A stretch of DNA of 63,944 nucleotides, filler included, from Octopus bimaculoides (GCF_001194135.2; 5 parts of 5 records of this genome joined end to end with filler, not necessarily neighbours in it); one strand, 5' to 3'; numbered from the whole stretch's first letter, positions 23,661 through 37,847 are shown. The notes: generated by a model not told the origin, from the sequence alone. Translations and numbers: made by a program.

Positions 23661-23960
23661 CGAAAAATACAAGGCAAGCTTATGATCAGATTTTGAGCCT
23701 CGACATTCCCATTGAAAACTGCATTAGATAATGTATCCTTTTTAGTGATGATGGTTGTTTGTTGTCCGAAAGTGGTTTAACTGTTATTTTTGTTAAATTA
23801 TCACATAAAAGTTCCCATCGATGCTTGGAGATATTTACAAATACGAAGAAAAGAGAGTGCATTAAAATCTAGAGAGAGATCAAATATTGATAATCATTAT
23901 TCTATTTACCTGTCTGTCATTCTGTCTGAGTAACACTATGCATGACTATATGCGTATATC

Positions 23961-24097
<137 letters not shown>

Positions 24098-24250
24098 TTA
24101 TATATATATGCATGCATGTACGTGGAAACATGGGCGCGTGTATGTGTGTGAGTTTGGGTGAGTCTGGAAAATAAAAAAATCGAAAAGGCACCTGAGGCGT
24201 TATCTAATTTGGAAACATAGTATCACTGAATGCTTGTACAGAATAAAAAC

Positions 24251-24528
24251 TGGTACTCCGTCGCTTACGACGACTTAGATTCCAGTTGACCCGATCAACA
24301 GAACAGCCTGCTCGAGAAATTAAGGAGCAAGTAGCTGAGCACTCCACAGACACACGTACCCTTCACGTAGTTCACAGGGAAAATCAACATGACAAAGTGT
24401 GACAGGGCTGGCCCTTTGAAATACAGGTACAACTCATTTTTGGCAGCTGAGTGAACTGGAGCAAAGAATCGAACTGGCGACCTTACAATCGCAAGCCGAA
24501 TACCGTAACCACTAAACCAGGTGCCTTC
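24251..24528 (-). mobile_element. SINE family C with an internal deletion after the B-box
   Basis: Head GAAGGCACCTGGTTTAGTGGTTACGG..GTTCGATTC. The 3' 200 bp is homologous to 30165-30365. Confidence 0.85.
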
Positions 24529-25365
24529 GTACAGAATATAATATATACTGTGTAACAAGTATAGTTATAGATCTTTTCCAATAGGTTTCGATTTTAACTC
24601 AGCATTATCAAGGCCAATAAGTGTTTTTATATTAAATACTTCTATAATTTCAGAACCAATATAAATTAATGAAAAACAAAATTGATGACGTCATTCTCAG
24701 AACGCTAACGATATCGACATCCAGAATGTATAAACCCATTTCTATCAAACTCACAATTTTTTTCTGGTTTTGATTTTGAAATTCCATTGCTTTGCAAAAT
24801 TTCAAAAGCAGTATGAGACGAAACGAAGTAGGAATATTCAAATGTTCTTATACAAAGCTAATGGTGTCGTGGCTTTGAACGTAAACAAAGTAGTGCTAAA
24901 GGACGTAAGATTTCTGTACCCAGGCGGCTCACAATTCCCTCAAAGTATATAACGAATGATTCTGATTTTATTCGTTATGTTTATTCGTTTTTTTTGTTTA
25001 CTCTGTCGTTAAATCGCCACGCTGATACAAAGCAAAGATAGCAAAATTCTGCTAGGCTTGTCCTCCACAGTAATGAATATTCTGACTCGGGATTGTGTAC
25101 ACTGACTAATATTGTTTGCAGCTGACTAATTTGCTGACGCTGTCGTGTCACTCTTTTTGGTAATGACCTGCTAGTTTGGCCAATATAAGTCTCAGTGAGC
25201 TTTCAGATTAAAGTATATATCGGAGCAGCTTGAAAAGCTACTTGTATTTCTGAAAACCATCCCTTCTTCGAAGTGGAACTCGAAAGCTCATAAATATTAG
25301 CATACTTCACAGTTTAGTTGGTAACAAGTAATGCTAACTGGTTTTTAGGATGACAAGAGTGTCAT

Positions 25366-25399
<34 letters not shown>

Positions 25400-25443
25400 N
25401 NNNNNNNNNNNNNNNNNNNNNNNNNNNNNNNNNNNNNNNNNNN

Positions 25444-25455
25444 TTAATTAATTAA
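25444..25455. other. Artificial six-frame-stop linker TTAATTAATTAA inside a 100-nt N gap
   Basis: 44 N + 12 nt + 44 N. The same construct occurs at 43395-43406, 61518-61529 and 62778-62789. Confidence 0.95.
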
Positions 25456-27861
25456 NNNNNNNNNNNNNNNNNNNNNNNNNNNNNNNNNNNNNNNNNNNNA
25501 TATATAGTATATAAATGTGCATTGTGTACGTAAATTTGAAAATCTAAAAATTGAATACAGAAAAATATGAAAAAAATTCAAGTCAAAATATATAATTAGA
25601 TTACAATCCAATTAATTTTAATTTTTCGTTTACAAATGGGATTGTTTCTGCCACGTCGGCGTCAGTATAAGGAATTTGCATATTGCATTACATATATGTA
25701 CAGGTTTCTATATGTACACATAGTTGTATATACGCCATCGTCGTCGTCGTCAAACGTCTGTCGTGAGTAAATGTTGATTGCTCCCTTCTGTCTCCCCTGA
25801 ACGATACGCCTGTGGACGGTGTGTAAGGCAGTTGGTATATACTACACACACACATAAACACAGGTACTTATATATATATATACATATATATATATGCACA
25901 CACACATACACATTTATATGTATTGAGTTCTTTCTTCAGCTTATGTCTTTTGTTACCAAGAATTACTAATAATACAAAAACTCCACTTCGGGCCACACGT
26001 TACTAAAAGTAAAAAGCGGTTACTATTTCTTCTTAATTACTCAATTCTAAATTTTATAGTTTTTTAGCACCACCATAATCAAAACTCCCTCACCCCACGC
26101 CCCTTTATATTCTGCTCTTTGCTCATTTTGTAAGCTTCCATTACAGATTCTGCTACTTTAACCCACCACTACTATAACACTTATCCAACTCAAAATCAGC
26201 TAAGGTTTCTTTTCCTCGTGTGACCATCATTCTTTTCCTGCACGACGTTCTAAGGACTGGAAGTCTATCTTTTCAAAGAAAATATTTCTCCCAGCGTTCA
26301 CTAATTTCCCCTCGTTCTGGTCTAACGACCCTCGTTTCTTTGTTTTAGTTCGGTTTCCTTGTATGTCTCCACTTTCCTCTTTTTGTCTCCAACTTTGACC
26401 CTCCATAAATCCAAAATTTTGTTTTGGAATTTATGGGAGCAACTGTTTCCGAACGCTCATATTGTTGTTGAATGCTCGAAATGAGGAGTAGATAAACAGC
26501 CGACAATTGATGAAGGGTCGTTCTTTGTGTTACTTGTTCCGTTTTCTATTTTTTCTCTCTTTGTTTGCGTATTTAACTCATTCGTTTTCGTACTTCATGT
26601 TGCTTACACAGTTGGTGACGTCCTCTACCCATATATATANNNNNNNNNNNNNNNNNNNNNNNNNNNNNNNNNNNNNNNNNNNNNNNNNNNNNNNNNNNNN
26701 NNNNNNNNNNNNNNNNNNNNNNNNNNNNNNNNNNNNNNNNNNNNNNNNNNNNNNNNNNNNNNNNNNNNNNNNNNNNNNNNNNNNNNNNNNNNNNNNNNNN
26801 NNNNNNNNNNNNNNNNNNNNNNNNNNNNNNNNNNNNNNNNNNNNNNNNNNNNNNNNNNNNNNNNNNNNNNNNNNNNNNNNNNNNNNNNNNNNNNNNNNNN
26901 NNNNNNNNNNNNNNNNNNNNNNNNNNNNNNNNNNNNNNNNNNNNNNNNNNNNNNNNNNNNNNNNNNNNNNNNNNNNNNNNNNNNNNNNNNNNNNNNNNNN
27001 NNNNNNNNNNNNNNNNNNNNNNNNNNNNNNNNNNNNNNNNNNNNNNNNNNNNNNNNNNNNNNNNNNNNNNNNNNNNNNNNNNNNNNNNNNNNNNNNNNNN
27101 NNNNNNNNNNNNNNNNNNNNNNNNNNNNNNNNNNNNNNNNNNNNNNNNNNNNNNNNNNNNNNNNNNNNNNNNNNNNNNNNNNNNNNNNNNNNNNNNNNNN
27201 NNNNNNNNNNNNNNNNNNNNNNNNNNNNNNNNNNNNNNNNNNNNNNNNNNNNNNNNNNNNNNNNNNNNNNNNNNNNNNNNNNNNNNNNNNNNNNNNNNNN
27301 NNNNNNNNNNNNNNNNNNNNNNNNNNNNNNNNNNNNNNNNNNNNNNNNNNNNNNNNTATATATATATGTATGTATGTATGTATGTACGTATGTATGTGTG
27401 AACGTGAAATCACGTAATTTTTCAACTAGATAGGAACATTGTTTGCTCATTACCGTTTCTAGGTTGTCTTATCTGGTCTACAGAACTTGAATTACTCATT
27501 TGCCGCTGCTCATTGAAATACATTGAAACAGTGTTTGTTTAGTAAATACATCGTCAATTACCTTTCCAATGATTCATGACTTGTATGACTCAGAGTGCGG
27601 TGCGTTAGTTAAACAGGGATATGCTAGGACTGAGGATGCGTGCCGTAGCTTTGAAAGTGTAAATCGTTGAGATCAAAGAAATATTGGAATCCTATAACCA
27701 AGAAAGAATTTATAATATATACAGGAATCCATAACAACAAATGCGTAAAAGCATTGCTATTAACAAATAATACTTAAGGAACATCAAAAGCAGAGAGAGG
27801 GAGAGAGTAAGAGAGGATATGTGCAGTTTGTTGTTAGAGTGAATAGCTTAACTGCTACGAT

Positions 27862-27892
27862 TCAACCCTGAACTTGAAAAGTTCAGGGTTGA
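27862..27892. repeat. Perfect 14-bp inverted repeat with a 3-nt loop
   Basis: TCAACCCTGAACTT-GAA-AAGTTCAGGGTTGA. Confidence 0.9.
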
Positions 27893-29283
27893 CTGTGCTT
27901 CTGTGATAATTCTAATAATGAGCTTCTGATGCGAGAAGTCAAAGAACTGTGTTAAATAAAACATTAGCCAGTACGCATTAATGCGGAATTGCTAACTTTG
28001 CGAAAAGCAGAACTATAAAATATTACCGTAACATTGAAAGATTCATAGACATTCATGTTTGTATTGCACAAGCATGAAATAAATCTAGTTAGACGTGTAA
28101 ATAAATATAGAAGCAGAAATTATCCTGTTAATTATAAGTAGGTAGGTGTATCAAGTTATAAGTGGGCGAGATGGAGTTTCTGAATGAAATCAGTATTTTC
28201 ACCAACAGTTACATCAAGATTGTTTTCTGAGAAGTTAAATATAGATTTTATCTGTGTACGTTGAAATAGTAGCAGCTCTCAGATGGTCGGAGAATCACAT
28301 AGGACTACTAACTTAGTTTGTAGGCATATGTTGCCAGCCAAGACAGCATCTAACTGCTAGAAATAGTAACCAAATCTTCATAGCACACCCTATGACTTGA
28401 GAAATGGGAAGCATTAAATAATGTGGTCCTCGATAAACTGCGTTTCTCATGACTAGAAAAGCTTTGATTGGAGATCATAGATTTAGAACCAAAGACCTGT
28501 CTTACTTCATTTTATACAAGCATTTCGGAAATCCTTCCTTTTTTTTAAACTGAGGATTGAATATACCATATTAATAACTCATTATTTTTAGGGATTATTT
28601 AATGATTACCAAAATAACACCATTATACAAATTAACACCGACTGGTCAGAGATAATAATGTTAAGAAATTCTTCTTCTCAAAATATCCAAAAGTAAAGTT
28701 CAGAACAGCACCGTAATACCGAGAACTTGAGGTGTATTCCACGTTCCAGAGTCACTTCACGTTACATATGAATATTCCAGACAAACATTTTGGTGTATAG
28801 AATTTTTTAAGTAGATTTTTCACCGAGCCTCATATATATTCAATTATAAAAAGTATTTGGTCCATTACGTTTTGATGCTAAAATAAACAATGTTTTTAAT
28901 GGAATTCTTTTCAGACTGAACTGTAAGAGTAAATTTTGTATATACTGTACTTAGATACAGTCTGTAATTCTGAGTGATTCCTTCAAGAAAAGGAGTCTGA
29001 AAGTAGACCAGAAAACTACCATTTTCCTCCTCCAATTTAAGTTCTTAAAGAGCTCATAACAAAAATAGTGTGGGTGGGGCGCGCTTCTAATAACAGGGTG
29101 AACTTATATTTTTGCTATACTATAATATGATGTCTTTTATTCAGCGCAATGTTTGCAGGAACAAAATGATAAAACCGAATGGAATTTTTATTACTCATCA
29201 GTTGGAAACATCACCTACAGCTTTGTTTCCTAACGATCAAATGTCAAACACATGATCTGGTATTTGGGGGATTAAAGAATATG

Positions 29284-29320
<37 letters not shown>

Positions 29321-29518
29321 CATAGCATTGCGTTCTTGTTTGTATAAGGAATTAGAAAGTTTCTAGACGGTGATAAACTGAAATCTCTGCAAGTGAATAT
29401 CAAGACAGTAATAATAATAATAATAATAATTGGTTGTTCGAGTGAATCACTCGTGACATTAGACAATAACAAGCACCGTTTGTATCAAATTTCATTAAAG
29501 TAGGTCACATATCAACTT

Positions 29519-29668
29519 TATCTTTTACTCGTTTCAGTCATTAAACTTCGCCCATACTGGAACATCAGCTTGACGGGTTTAGTCGAGCAAATCGGCCCCG
29601 GTATTTTATTTATAAGTCTGGTACTTGTTCTACCGGTTACTTTGAGCCGAGCCGCTTTGTAACGGGGC
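29519..29668 (-). mobile_element. SINE family A 3' body fragment, diverged
   Basis: CTTTTACTCGTTTCAGTCATT..TAGTCGAGCAAATCGGCCCC motif. Confidence 0.75.
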
Positions 29669-29976
29669 CTGTTATTGTTTCCAAATCACTCCATCATATT
29701 TTCTATCAGCCATTTGTCATCAAAATACTCCACATTTTCTCTTTCCGGCAAATTTCTAATATTTATAAACCATTAATCCATTTGTGTGTGGACATTTGAA
29801 CACGAATGCTTGTGTGAGTGAGTGAGTGAGTGAGTGAGTGTGTGTGTGTGTTAGTGAATGCGTGTGTGTTAGTAAGTGAGTGAGTATTGTTAGTTCACAT
29901 TGCTGTGTAAGGGGCATAGGGCCGGTCTCCCGTTGCTTTTTTTTTTGTTTTATTCTGGCTTATATATATATTCCTG

Positions 29977-30150
29977 TCAAGACGGGATGCCAATCTTTAG
30001 CAGGATTACTCACTTTTACCAGCGAAGTGGTCTGGAGCAATGTGAAATAAAGTGTCTTGCTCAAGAACACAACGTATCCCCCGGTCCAAGAATCGAAACA
30101 ACAATCTTACGATCATGAGTCTAGCCTCTAATCACTAAGCTATGCGCCTC
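29977..30150 (-). mobile_element. SINE family C head + CORE-like region
   Basis: GAGGCGCATAGCTTAGTGATTAG..GTTTCGATTC..TTCTTGAGCAAGACACTTTATTTCAC. Confidence 0.8.
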
Positions 30151-30164
30151 CCCATTATTACCAT

Positions 30165-30544
30165 GTTGTTGGCACTCCGTCGCTTACGACGACGAGGGTT
30201 CCAGTTGATCCGATCAACGGAACAGCCTGCTCGTAAAATTAACGTGCAAGTGGCTGAGAACTCCACAGACACGTGTACCCTTAACGTAGTTCTCGGGTAT
30301 ATTCAGCGTGATACAGTGTGACAAGGCTGACCCTTTGAATTACAGGCACCACAGAAAGAGGAAGTAAGAGTGAGAGAAAGTTGTGGTGGAAGAGTACAGC
30401 AGGGTTCGCCACCATCCCCTGTCGGAGCCTCGTGGAGCTTTAGGTGTTTTCGCTCAATAAACAGTCATAACGCCCGGTTTGGGAATCGAAACCGCGATCC
30501 TATGACCGCGAGTCCGCTGCCCTAACCACTGGGCCATTGCGCCT
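30165..30544 (-). mobile_element. Young full-length SINE (family C, second head type) with 13-bp TSD
   Basis: TSD CCATTATTACCAT at 30152-30164 and 30545-30557. Head GGCGCAATGGCCCAGTGGTTAGGGCAGCGGACTCGCGG..GGTTTCGATTCC; tail ..GACGGAGTGCCAACAAC. Confidence 0.93.
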
Positions 30545-33365
30545 CCATTATTACCATATTACTGAATGATAGTGCCAAATCGTATCCAGAGTTGTCGTTC
30601 TTAATTCTCAAAGAAAGGAAAACAATATTATATTGAGTTAACGTTTTAGTATTCTTAGCTTAACACTAAACTATTGTTTTTCATGCAGATGAGGTCTCTG
30701 AGTTGTTAGTCAACTTTGTTGTACATTCACCTTAGGCTTATATAATTTCCTACCCTGACAGTTGTTCATGACATCTCGTGTAAATTTTGATATTCCAGAC
30801 GTATAAACAGACATTAACATGAGACCAAAGAAAATATTGAAATCACATCTTTCTAAAGTGAAATCTGCTCAAGAAATGTTTCTATTGAATTAAGTGTGTC
30901 CACAAATATCCATATTTCTTTTCGTATACTCTTTCTTTTAATATAACATATTTATTATAATACATTCCAAGCTCAATGTTAAGTCATACGAAAAATTTAT
31001 TTCATTAGAGCAGAACTTTGATGTAATGCTAATGGAATTACACTGAAGTGACTCTTCATTTTACACAGGTTTGTGAGACATTAATGGAATCTTAGTTATA
31101 AAATTGATATTATAAACAACAATTTAATTATCTAGTAAGATATTTTAATCCGAGACATTCTAAAAACTAGTACACTTTTTTAAAAGCTTTGAATGCATTA
31201 TTTTCTTTCAGTGAAATCATAAAGTTAAAGAAATTAAGTTTTTAAAACATCAAATGTACCGAAAATGTATCACATTCCCCTTGCCTCTTCGTAGCTTATG
31301 TTAACACATCTGGAATATCAAGACTGATGCAAGATATGTCAACAACATCTGCTCTGGGAGTGAAATATACGAAGATGGAAATACATCCCGTCTGAAATGT
31401 TAACTTAGCACTTTAGATAGCCTTTCATTATGGAGCCATTTGCTGTACGTTCTGTTTTGCTTTGAGCTTCAACTGAAGAATACTGGAGGAACTGCAGCTG
31501 CGGTTTTCATAAGTTGAGTTTACACTGACATTTACAAAAATGAAATTTAAAAATAAAGCAGGCATACATAAATAGAGACCTAAAGCTGACATACAAATGT
31601 ATGAGTGAAAGTGTATGTTTTATATATATACACACGCACACATCTGGCGTTTCCTGCATGAATGAAAGACATACAATGCATGCTTAAAATACATAAATGA
31701 ATGCAAATAACAAATCAGATTTTAAGATAAATCTTTCGTTTTTACGAGAGACAGCTGGAAAAAGGCTCTCTATATTCTGCTATATATGTTACCCTACTTC
31801 AATCATTTGGCTTTATTTTTAACATGGCATACGCTGGCTTAAAGCCTAACAGTTGTTGTGTATCTTTCTACCTACCTATGTGTATGTGCGCGCTCGTGTG
31901 TAAACACTACCTGTGTATAAATACGCACTATATGCGTGTATGCATTCGTACACTATATAAACACACATCCTATACATGGTGGGGGGAGAGAGATCTATGA
32001 ATCATAATATATACACATTGTTGATAAGCCAGTTATGCGGTATTTGCTCTGAGAGAACATCTCACATGAACGTGATGTGTTAAAAACCCAAAGAATGTTA
32101 GAGGAAACGGAAAATTCGTCCCAACAACGGCCACATCAGTGGACATTTTACATGTACACTGCTCCAAGGTGTATTACAATAAATTACAATCTTACTAATT
32201 ACCAATTGCCATTTTACTGAAATTTACAGATAATTCGGGACTCAGAAATCCCTAAAAGGAAGCCCTAATTCTAATCTAATTTATCATATATTTGTATTCT
32301 TTTTAATCCTCTCTGAAAGGGTTAATTTGTATGCAAATTAGTTGTCCCAATAGACTTTTAAAAAGCCTTCTGCACTGAACGGTATATGGAATTAGCTAAA
32401 GATAATACAAGCTTTGCGACCAAGATCCCAGACTAACTCAACGTATTTTGGGAACATTCTAAAGTTTGCCGTCGAAATAAAATCTAAAACAGAAAACATT
32501 CTGAGAAATTTCCAGGAACAAAGATCAATCCCAACTATTCGTTCTCTATGGGCAAGATAAAGAAGTTACTTTAGCAAAGATATCGCGAATTGTCGAGGAC
32601 AAGTTGAGTATTTCATTATAATAAATTTAAGCAACAGAAGAGAAAATCTTTCTTTCTTCTTTTATTGAATAACAGTCGTAAATTCTAAAATTGTGGGGTC
32701 TCTTACAATGGTAAAACTCCATTGATCAGGTATGGTGATACACAAGTGCTTATATGTTAGTTTAAGTTTGTATTATATTGCCTTTCATAATTTAATTTAA
32801 TCATAATATTAATATTCTATTTCCTCAAGAAATGTTTGCCGGAATGATTAAATCAGGCTAACAGCAGCACAAATATATATTATTTGGAGAGACATATGGG
32901 CAAACAAAGCTATTTGGTAGCAAGAAATAATCAATAAAAAATTGCTTAGCTTAGGTCAATAGCTAATTTGTTTCATTGAAAAAGGCTTTTGCATAGTCCA
33001 ATATTGATATTCTTTTATTATTTGTGTTGATTATATTATTGGTTGAGACAAAATATACCAAAAAAAAACACAAATTAAGTAGTTTTTTTTTTCTTTCGAG
33101 TCCTGTATAAACTGGCTTCAAAGTTATTTTTCCAGTTCTACTGGATATTGAGAATTATGCAGGTTAGCATTACTGTAGGGCTTTACAGATTAGATTTCTA
33201 TTAGCAAACATTATCGATCAGTAACTGCATGAGAGACACTAACTTGACATCATTATCAAACATCCATCAATTAGATTTCCACAGATTTCCATATCGACTG
33301 GATTCCATTCCAATCCAGAAGCACACGTTTTTAATTCAAATTATAAATCGTAGCGTAAATTTGCT

Positions 33366-33417
33366 TTGTGTGTGTGTGTGTGTGTGCGTGCGCGCGCGCG
33401 TGTGTGTGTGTGTGTGT

Positions 33418-33505
<88 letters not shown>
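33366..33505. repeat. (TG)n microsatellite with a short (CG)n interruption
   Basis: Direct inspection. Confidence 0.95.
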
Positions 33506-34827
33506 ATAGCAACTCACATATGTAGTAACCGTGAAACAGTGATAATAATGTAGGGATATTTACATGTAAATATAAAAAAATAAAGCGATGCAAACAAAAT
33601 CTTGAAAATAAACAAACACGTACGCACGGACATGTAAACATTCTGCTATATATTTATGTCTATGTGTGTGTATGTATGAAATGTCTGAATTTGATTCTGT
33701 TGGTTACTGTATTCAAGTTTATCGAGTAGTTTGTTTGGGTTGGGCCTATCTCAAGCAATGAGCTACATCTTGTCACCTTCATGCACATGTTATATAAGAG
33801 AGAAGTACAAAAGAGTACAATCATCCATGTTTACAAAGTCACGGTTGTGTTTTCGTTATAATGTGTATTATTGAAGAGAAACACAAAACTAGCAGTTTAT
33901 TAGAATATGCAAATCGTAACAGTAAAACTGAATATGTTTGGAGAGATTAGTTGTTGTGAGGTGCAATATGTTAGATTGATCCGCTACTTTATCCAATCTA
34001 GCTTGATGGAATCAGATCGGCCTAATACAAAACAAAAGAACCGAAAAAGAGACCAGACATTTTACTTTCGTTTCAATAAATTCAGCCAATAAGACTGAAG
34101 TCCATAGCTCTCTTCTGAAGAACGCTCCCCAAAATGATATATTTTATATTATAGTTCAACTGAAATTTAGAGAAATATATTTCCAGTTGAAAGGAAAAAA
34201 ATCTAATCAAGATTTATAAAAATGAAAATAGTCAAGAAATTTAGGCTTCAAGTAAACACTTTTAGAAATGTTTGCTAAGGATAAATCTATTCACAATATA
34301 CAGGTCTTATTATTTTCCCGATATGATAGAGTGTTATATTTTTGGCAAGTTTAACTAAAGAACGAGATTGAAGAAGTAATACAAAAGATTTAACAATGAA
34401 TAAAGTTGCAGGTTTACACTGTCAACAATTACGACTCAATTAGAAAATATAATCGAAAATTTTAACAGAATAAACTATTTTAAAAATCAAATTAAAAATG
34501 ATAACATTTATAAAACATGGAATTTATCAGATCCAACTAGATTTTGGTATTTTTACTATCAAATACTATCATAAAGAGCAGATACTTGCATATATATATA
34601 TATATATATATANNNNNNNNNNNNNNNNNNNNNNNNNNNNNNNNNNNNNNNNNNNNNNNNNNNNNNNNNNNNNNNNNNNNNNNNNNNNNNNNNNNNNNNN
34701 NNNNNNNNNNNNNNNNNNNNNNNNNNNNNNNNNAAACGTTTTTTGTTTATTTTAACTTGAAAAGCTTTATCTTGTTTATTAATTGACATTTTTTTATGTT
34801 TCAGGTTCTTTATGTGACTGTTTAATC

Positions 34828-35804
34828 ATGCCACGTACAAAAGAAACCTTGGAACTGTCAGGTGGGCCTAGTCAGCGTAAAATCGCAAACCTTGGAATTC
34901 CGCTTTCTACAATTAATAGAGTAATTGTGCAATTTACCTGAGAGGGAGAGGAGTCAACATCACTTCACCCAGGTCGACCAGGGCTCTGACAGGACCCCCC
35001 GCTTTGTTAAAAGAAGTGTGGAGGATAATCCTCGTTGCAAGACCTCTGACATAGCAGAACGTGTTGATGTCGATCACAAAACAGCTGCTAGATATCTCCA
35101 CAAACTCGGCTACTATAGCACAGTAGCAAGAAGGAAGCCACTTCTTCGACCAACCAACATCAAGCGGAGAAAAGATTGGGCCAGTGAAATGGTGGAGAGA
35201 CCACTAGCATTTTGGGACACTGTCATATTCTCTGATGAGTCCAGATTTGCAGTATTTTCTGACAGTAATCGAGTGTGGATCTGGAGACTGTGAACAAGCA
35301 TTTGATGTGAAAAGATTGCAGCCAACAATGAAACATGGCAGCTGTTCTGTGATGGTCTGGGGAGCAATTCTGAGCAATGGTCGATCAGAGCTGATGGAGT
35401 GTGAAGTAAACATAAACTCGGATAAATATGCATCCATATTGCAGAAAGTACTCCTTCCAATTTTCTCCAGTGGTGAAATGATTAAGGAAGACTCTTTATT
35501 TATGGAAGATAGGGCTCCATGTCACATGGCTAAAAAGACCCAAGATTGGTGTGAATAGAATGGCATTAAAAAGGTTTTATAACCAAGCCAGTCACCTGAT
35601 ACGAATCCTATTGAACACCTCTGAGGCCTAACAGGACCCTTCATAAAAAAGAACAAGAAAGCATTCTCAAAGCCAGATCTTTTGAGATTACTGCATGAAA
35701 CTTGGTAAGTAATTCCTCAAGAGAATATTCGTCATTTGATCAATACCATGCCTTATAGGAACTTTGCATTGAAAAATGCAAAGGGCATGTCTACTGAATG
35801 TTAA
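34828..35804 (+). mobile_element. Tc1 (DD34E) transposase pseudogene
   Basis: MPRTKE start, HTH region, [32 protein letters not shown] and SPDTNPIEHL, with exactly 34 codons between the second D and the E. Several stops and frameshifts. Confidence 0.95.
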
Positions 35805-35914
35805 ATATTCACGTTATAATTAATAAATAACTGGAATGAATAATTTCAGATTTAATAAATTTAAACGATTATAAAAGCGTTTATTTACTTCTGCCGTTTC
35901 TGTGAGTATCTATA

Positions 35915-36133
35915 CAAGGTTGGCCAAAAGTCACCTGACAGTAATTCAAAACCAAGATTAAAACAAAAATTATTTTATATGAGACTTTGCTAATAAATAG
36001 ACAAATGTTGAAACAAAATGGTGATTTTAATTCACAGTATTCAATTAAACATTTATAATCGGAATGAATAAATAAAATTGAAGTATTTATGGAATTTTGA
36101 TTTACTGTCGGGTAACAATTGGCCAACCCACTC
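35915..36133. mobile_element. Tc1/mariner-type MITE
   Basis: TA|CAAGGTTGGCCAAAAGTCACCTGACAGTAATTCAAAA versus right-end reverse complement GGGTTGGCCAATTGTTACCCGACAGTAAATCAAAA. TA lies at both ends. Confidence 0.8.
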
Positions 36134-37314
36134 TACTAACAGTTATACGAGTGCATTTTCTCACTGACTTATGGTCTCTTACACGACTCAAGCAGGTGTG
36201 TATATATATATATATATATATNNNNNNNNNNNNNNNNNNNNNNNNNNNNNNNNNNNNNNNNNNNNNNNNNNNNNNNNNNNNNNNNNNNNNNNNNNNNNNN
36301 NNNNNNNNNNNNNNNNNNNNNNNNNNNNNNNNNNNNNNNNNNNNNNNNNNNNNNNNNNNNNNNNNNNNNNNNNNTACAAGCACACATACCTCACACATAC
36401 ATCCATATATATACATACACACACAGACATACTTGTATGTCATTTTTCAGGTTTATTTCAAGATTTCTTGTATGTATGTATGTATGTATGTATGTATGTA
36501 TGTATGTGCGTATGCGAGTGTGTATGCATGTGTGTATGCATGTGTGTATGTACGCATGCATATGACTGTCAACTAAGGAATATATTCTTTTTTATTAATC
36601 TGCATCCCGGCGGTTGAAGTGGAAATTTCGGGAGAAATATAATTCACGATGCACACCTTGCATATAATATCATAAAAGAAATTTTACATATAAGAATTTC
36701 AGCAGATAAATTTTATTCGTTGAAAATAAGTTATCGTTATCGCTGAAACTTTCTAGAGAATAGGAAACAAATATCATCAAAGCAAAATTTGGATTCTATA
36801 TCTTGGTAACGGCAGAAAGCGTGAAAGTGGAATTGTGGTAGTAAATTCTCCAAAGGTATTATAGTGTGACTCAGAACATCCAGTTGTGTGTGTGTGAAGG
36901 CACGTAAAGAATTGACGTTAGATGCAACAGAGCAGACACAGGGTAATGTTTGTCTTCTAATAAAGATAAAGCATCAAGAAGTCTCTTGGTAGGATGAAGT
37001 AAACCGAGAAAAACTGGGGAGTAGGAAGATCTGCCTGTACGATGATGAGGGTGTTGCTGGCAGTAAAGAAGCTAGTGGGATGATGCTAACTGACATATGC
37101 CCATATTAAGAAAACGTTGAATCATACATAAACATATCGACTAGTTCGCCCGAATCCTATATTTTATATAAGAAAAATAAAAAGGAAGAGGCCCAAATGT
37201 TAAGCTGTTCTTAACACTAACGTAAACAAAGTAGAAAAACACATACAATGTGTTTCTGTATTGCAAGGGAAATAGAGGAAGGAGTGTATATGACAGTGTA
37301 TACATTATATATAC

Positions 37315-37359
<45 letters not shown>

Positions 37360-37623
37360 CACACACGCAATATCTGTAAGTACAGAGCTGATAAAATGCA
37401 CATGCATTTTATCAGCTCTGTACTCATAAGTATGTGGGAGGGGTGTACATAAATTATGTATGTGTATGTGACTCAGTGTTCCAGCATGGCCGCTGTCTAA
37501 AAACTATAACCAACAAGCGACTAAAAAGTAGATACTATGTGTGTGTGAATGCGTACAGAAAGATACACAAGCATCTATTAATACACACCTACTTATTTCT
37601 ATTAAGGGTGAGTGAATGAGACT

Positions 37624-37808
37624 TGGTTGTGTGGTAAGAAGCTCGCTTTGCAACCACATGGTTTCGGGTTCAGTCCCACTGCGCAGCACATTGGGTGTCT
37701 TCTGCTATAGCTCCGGGCCAACTAATGCCTTGTGAGTGATTTTGGTCGATAGAAACTGTATGGAACCCCGTCGTGTGTTTATTTACTCATCACCGTCTAA
37801 CAGCCGGT
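37624..37808 (+). mobile_element. SINE family A 5' part, diverged, no internal microsatellite
   Basis: GGTTGTGTGGTAAGAAGC..GGGTTCAGTCCCACTGCG..GCCTTGTGAGTG. Confidence 0.8.
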
Positions 37809-37847
37809 GAAAACATAAGAAAGTTAGGCTTGTTTTAAAATTTGAGA

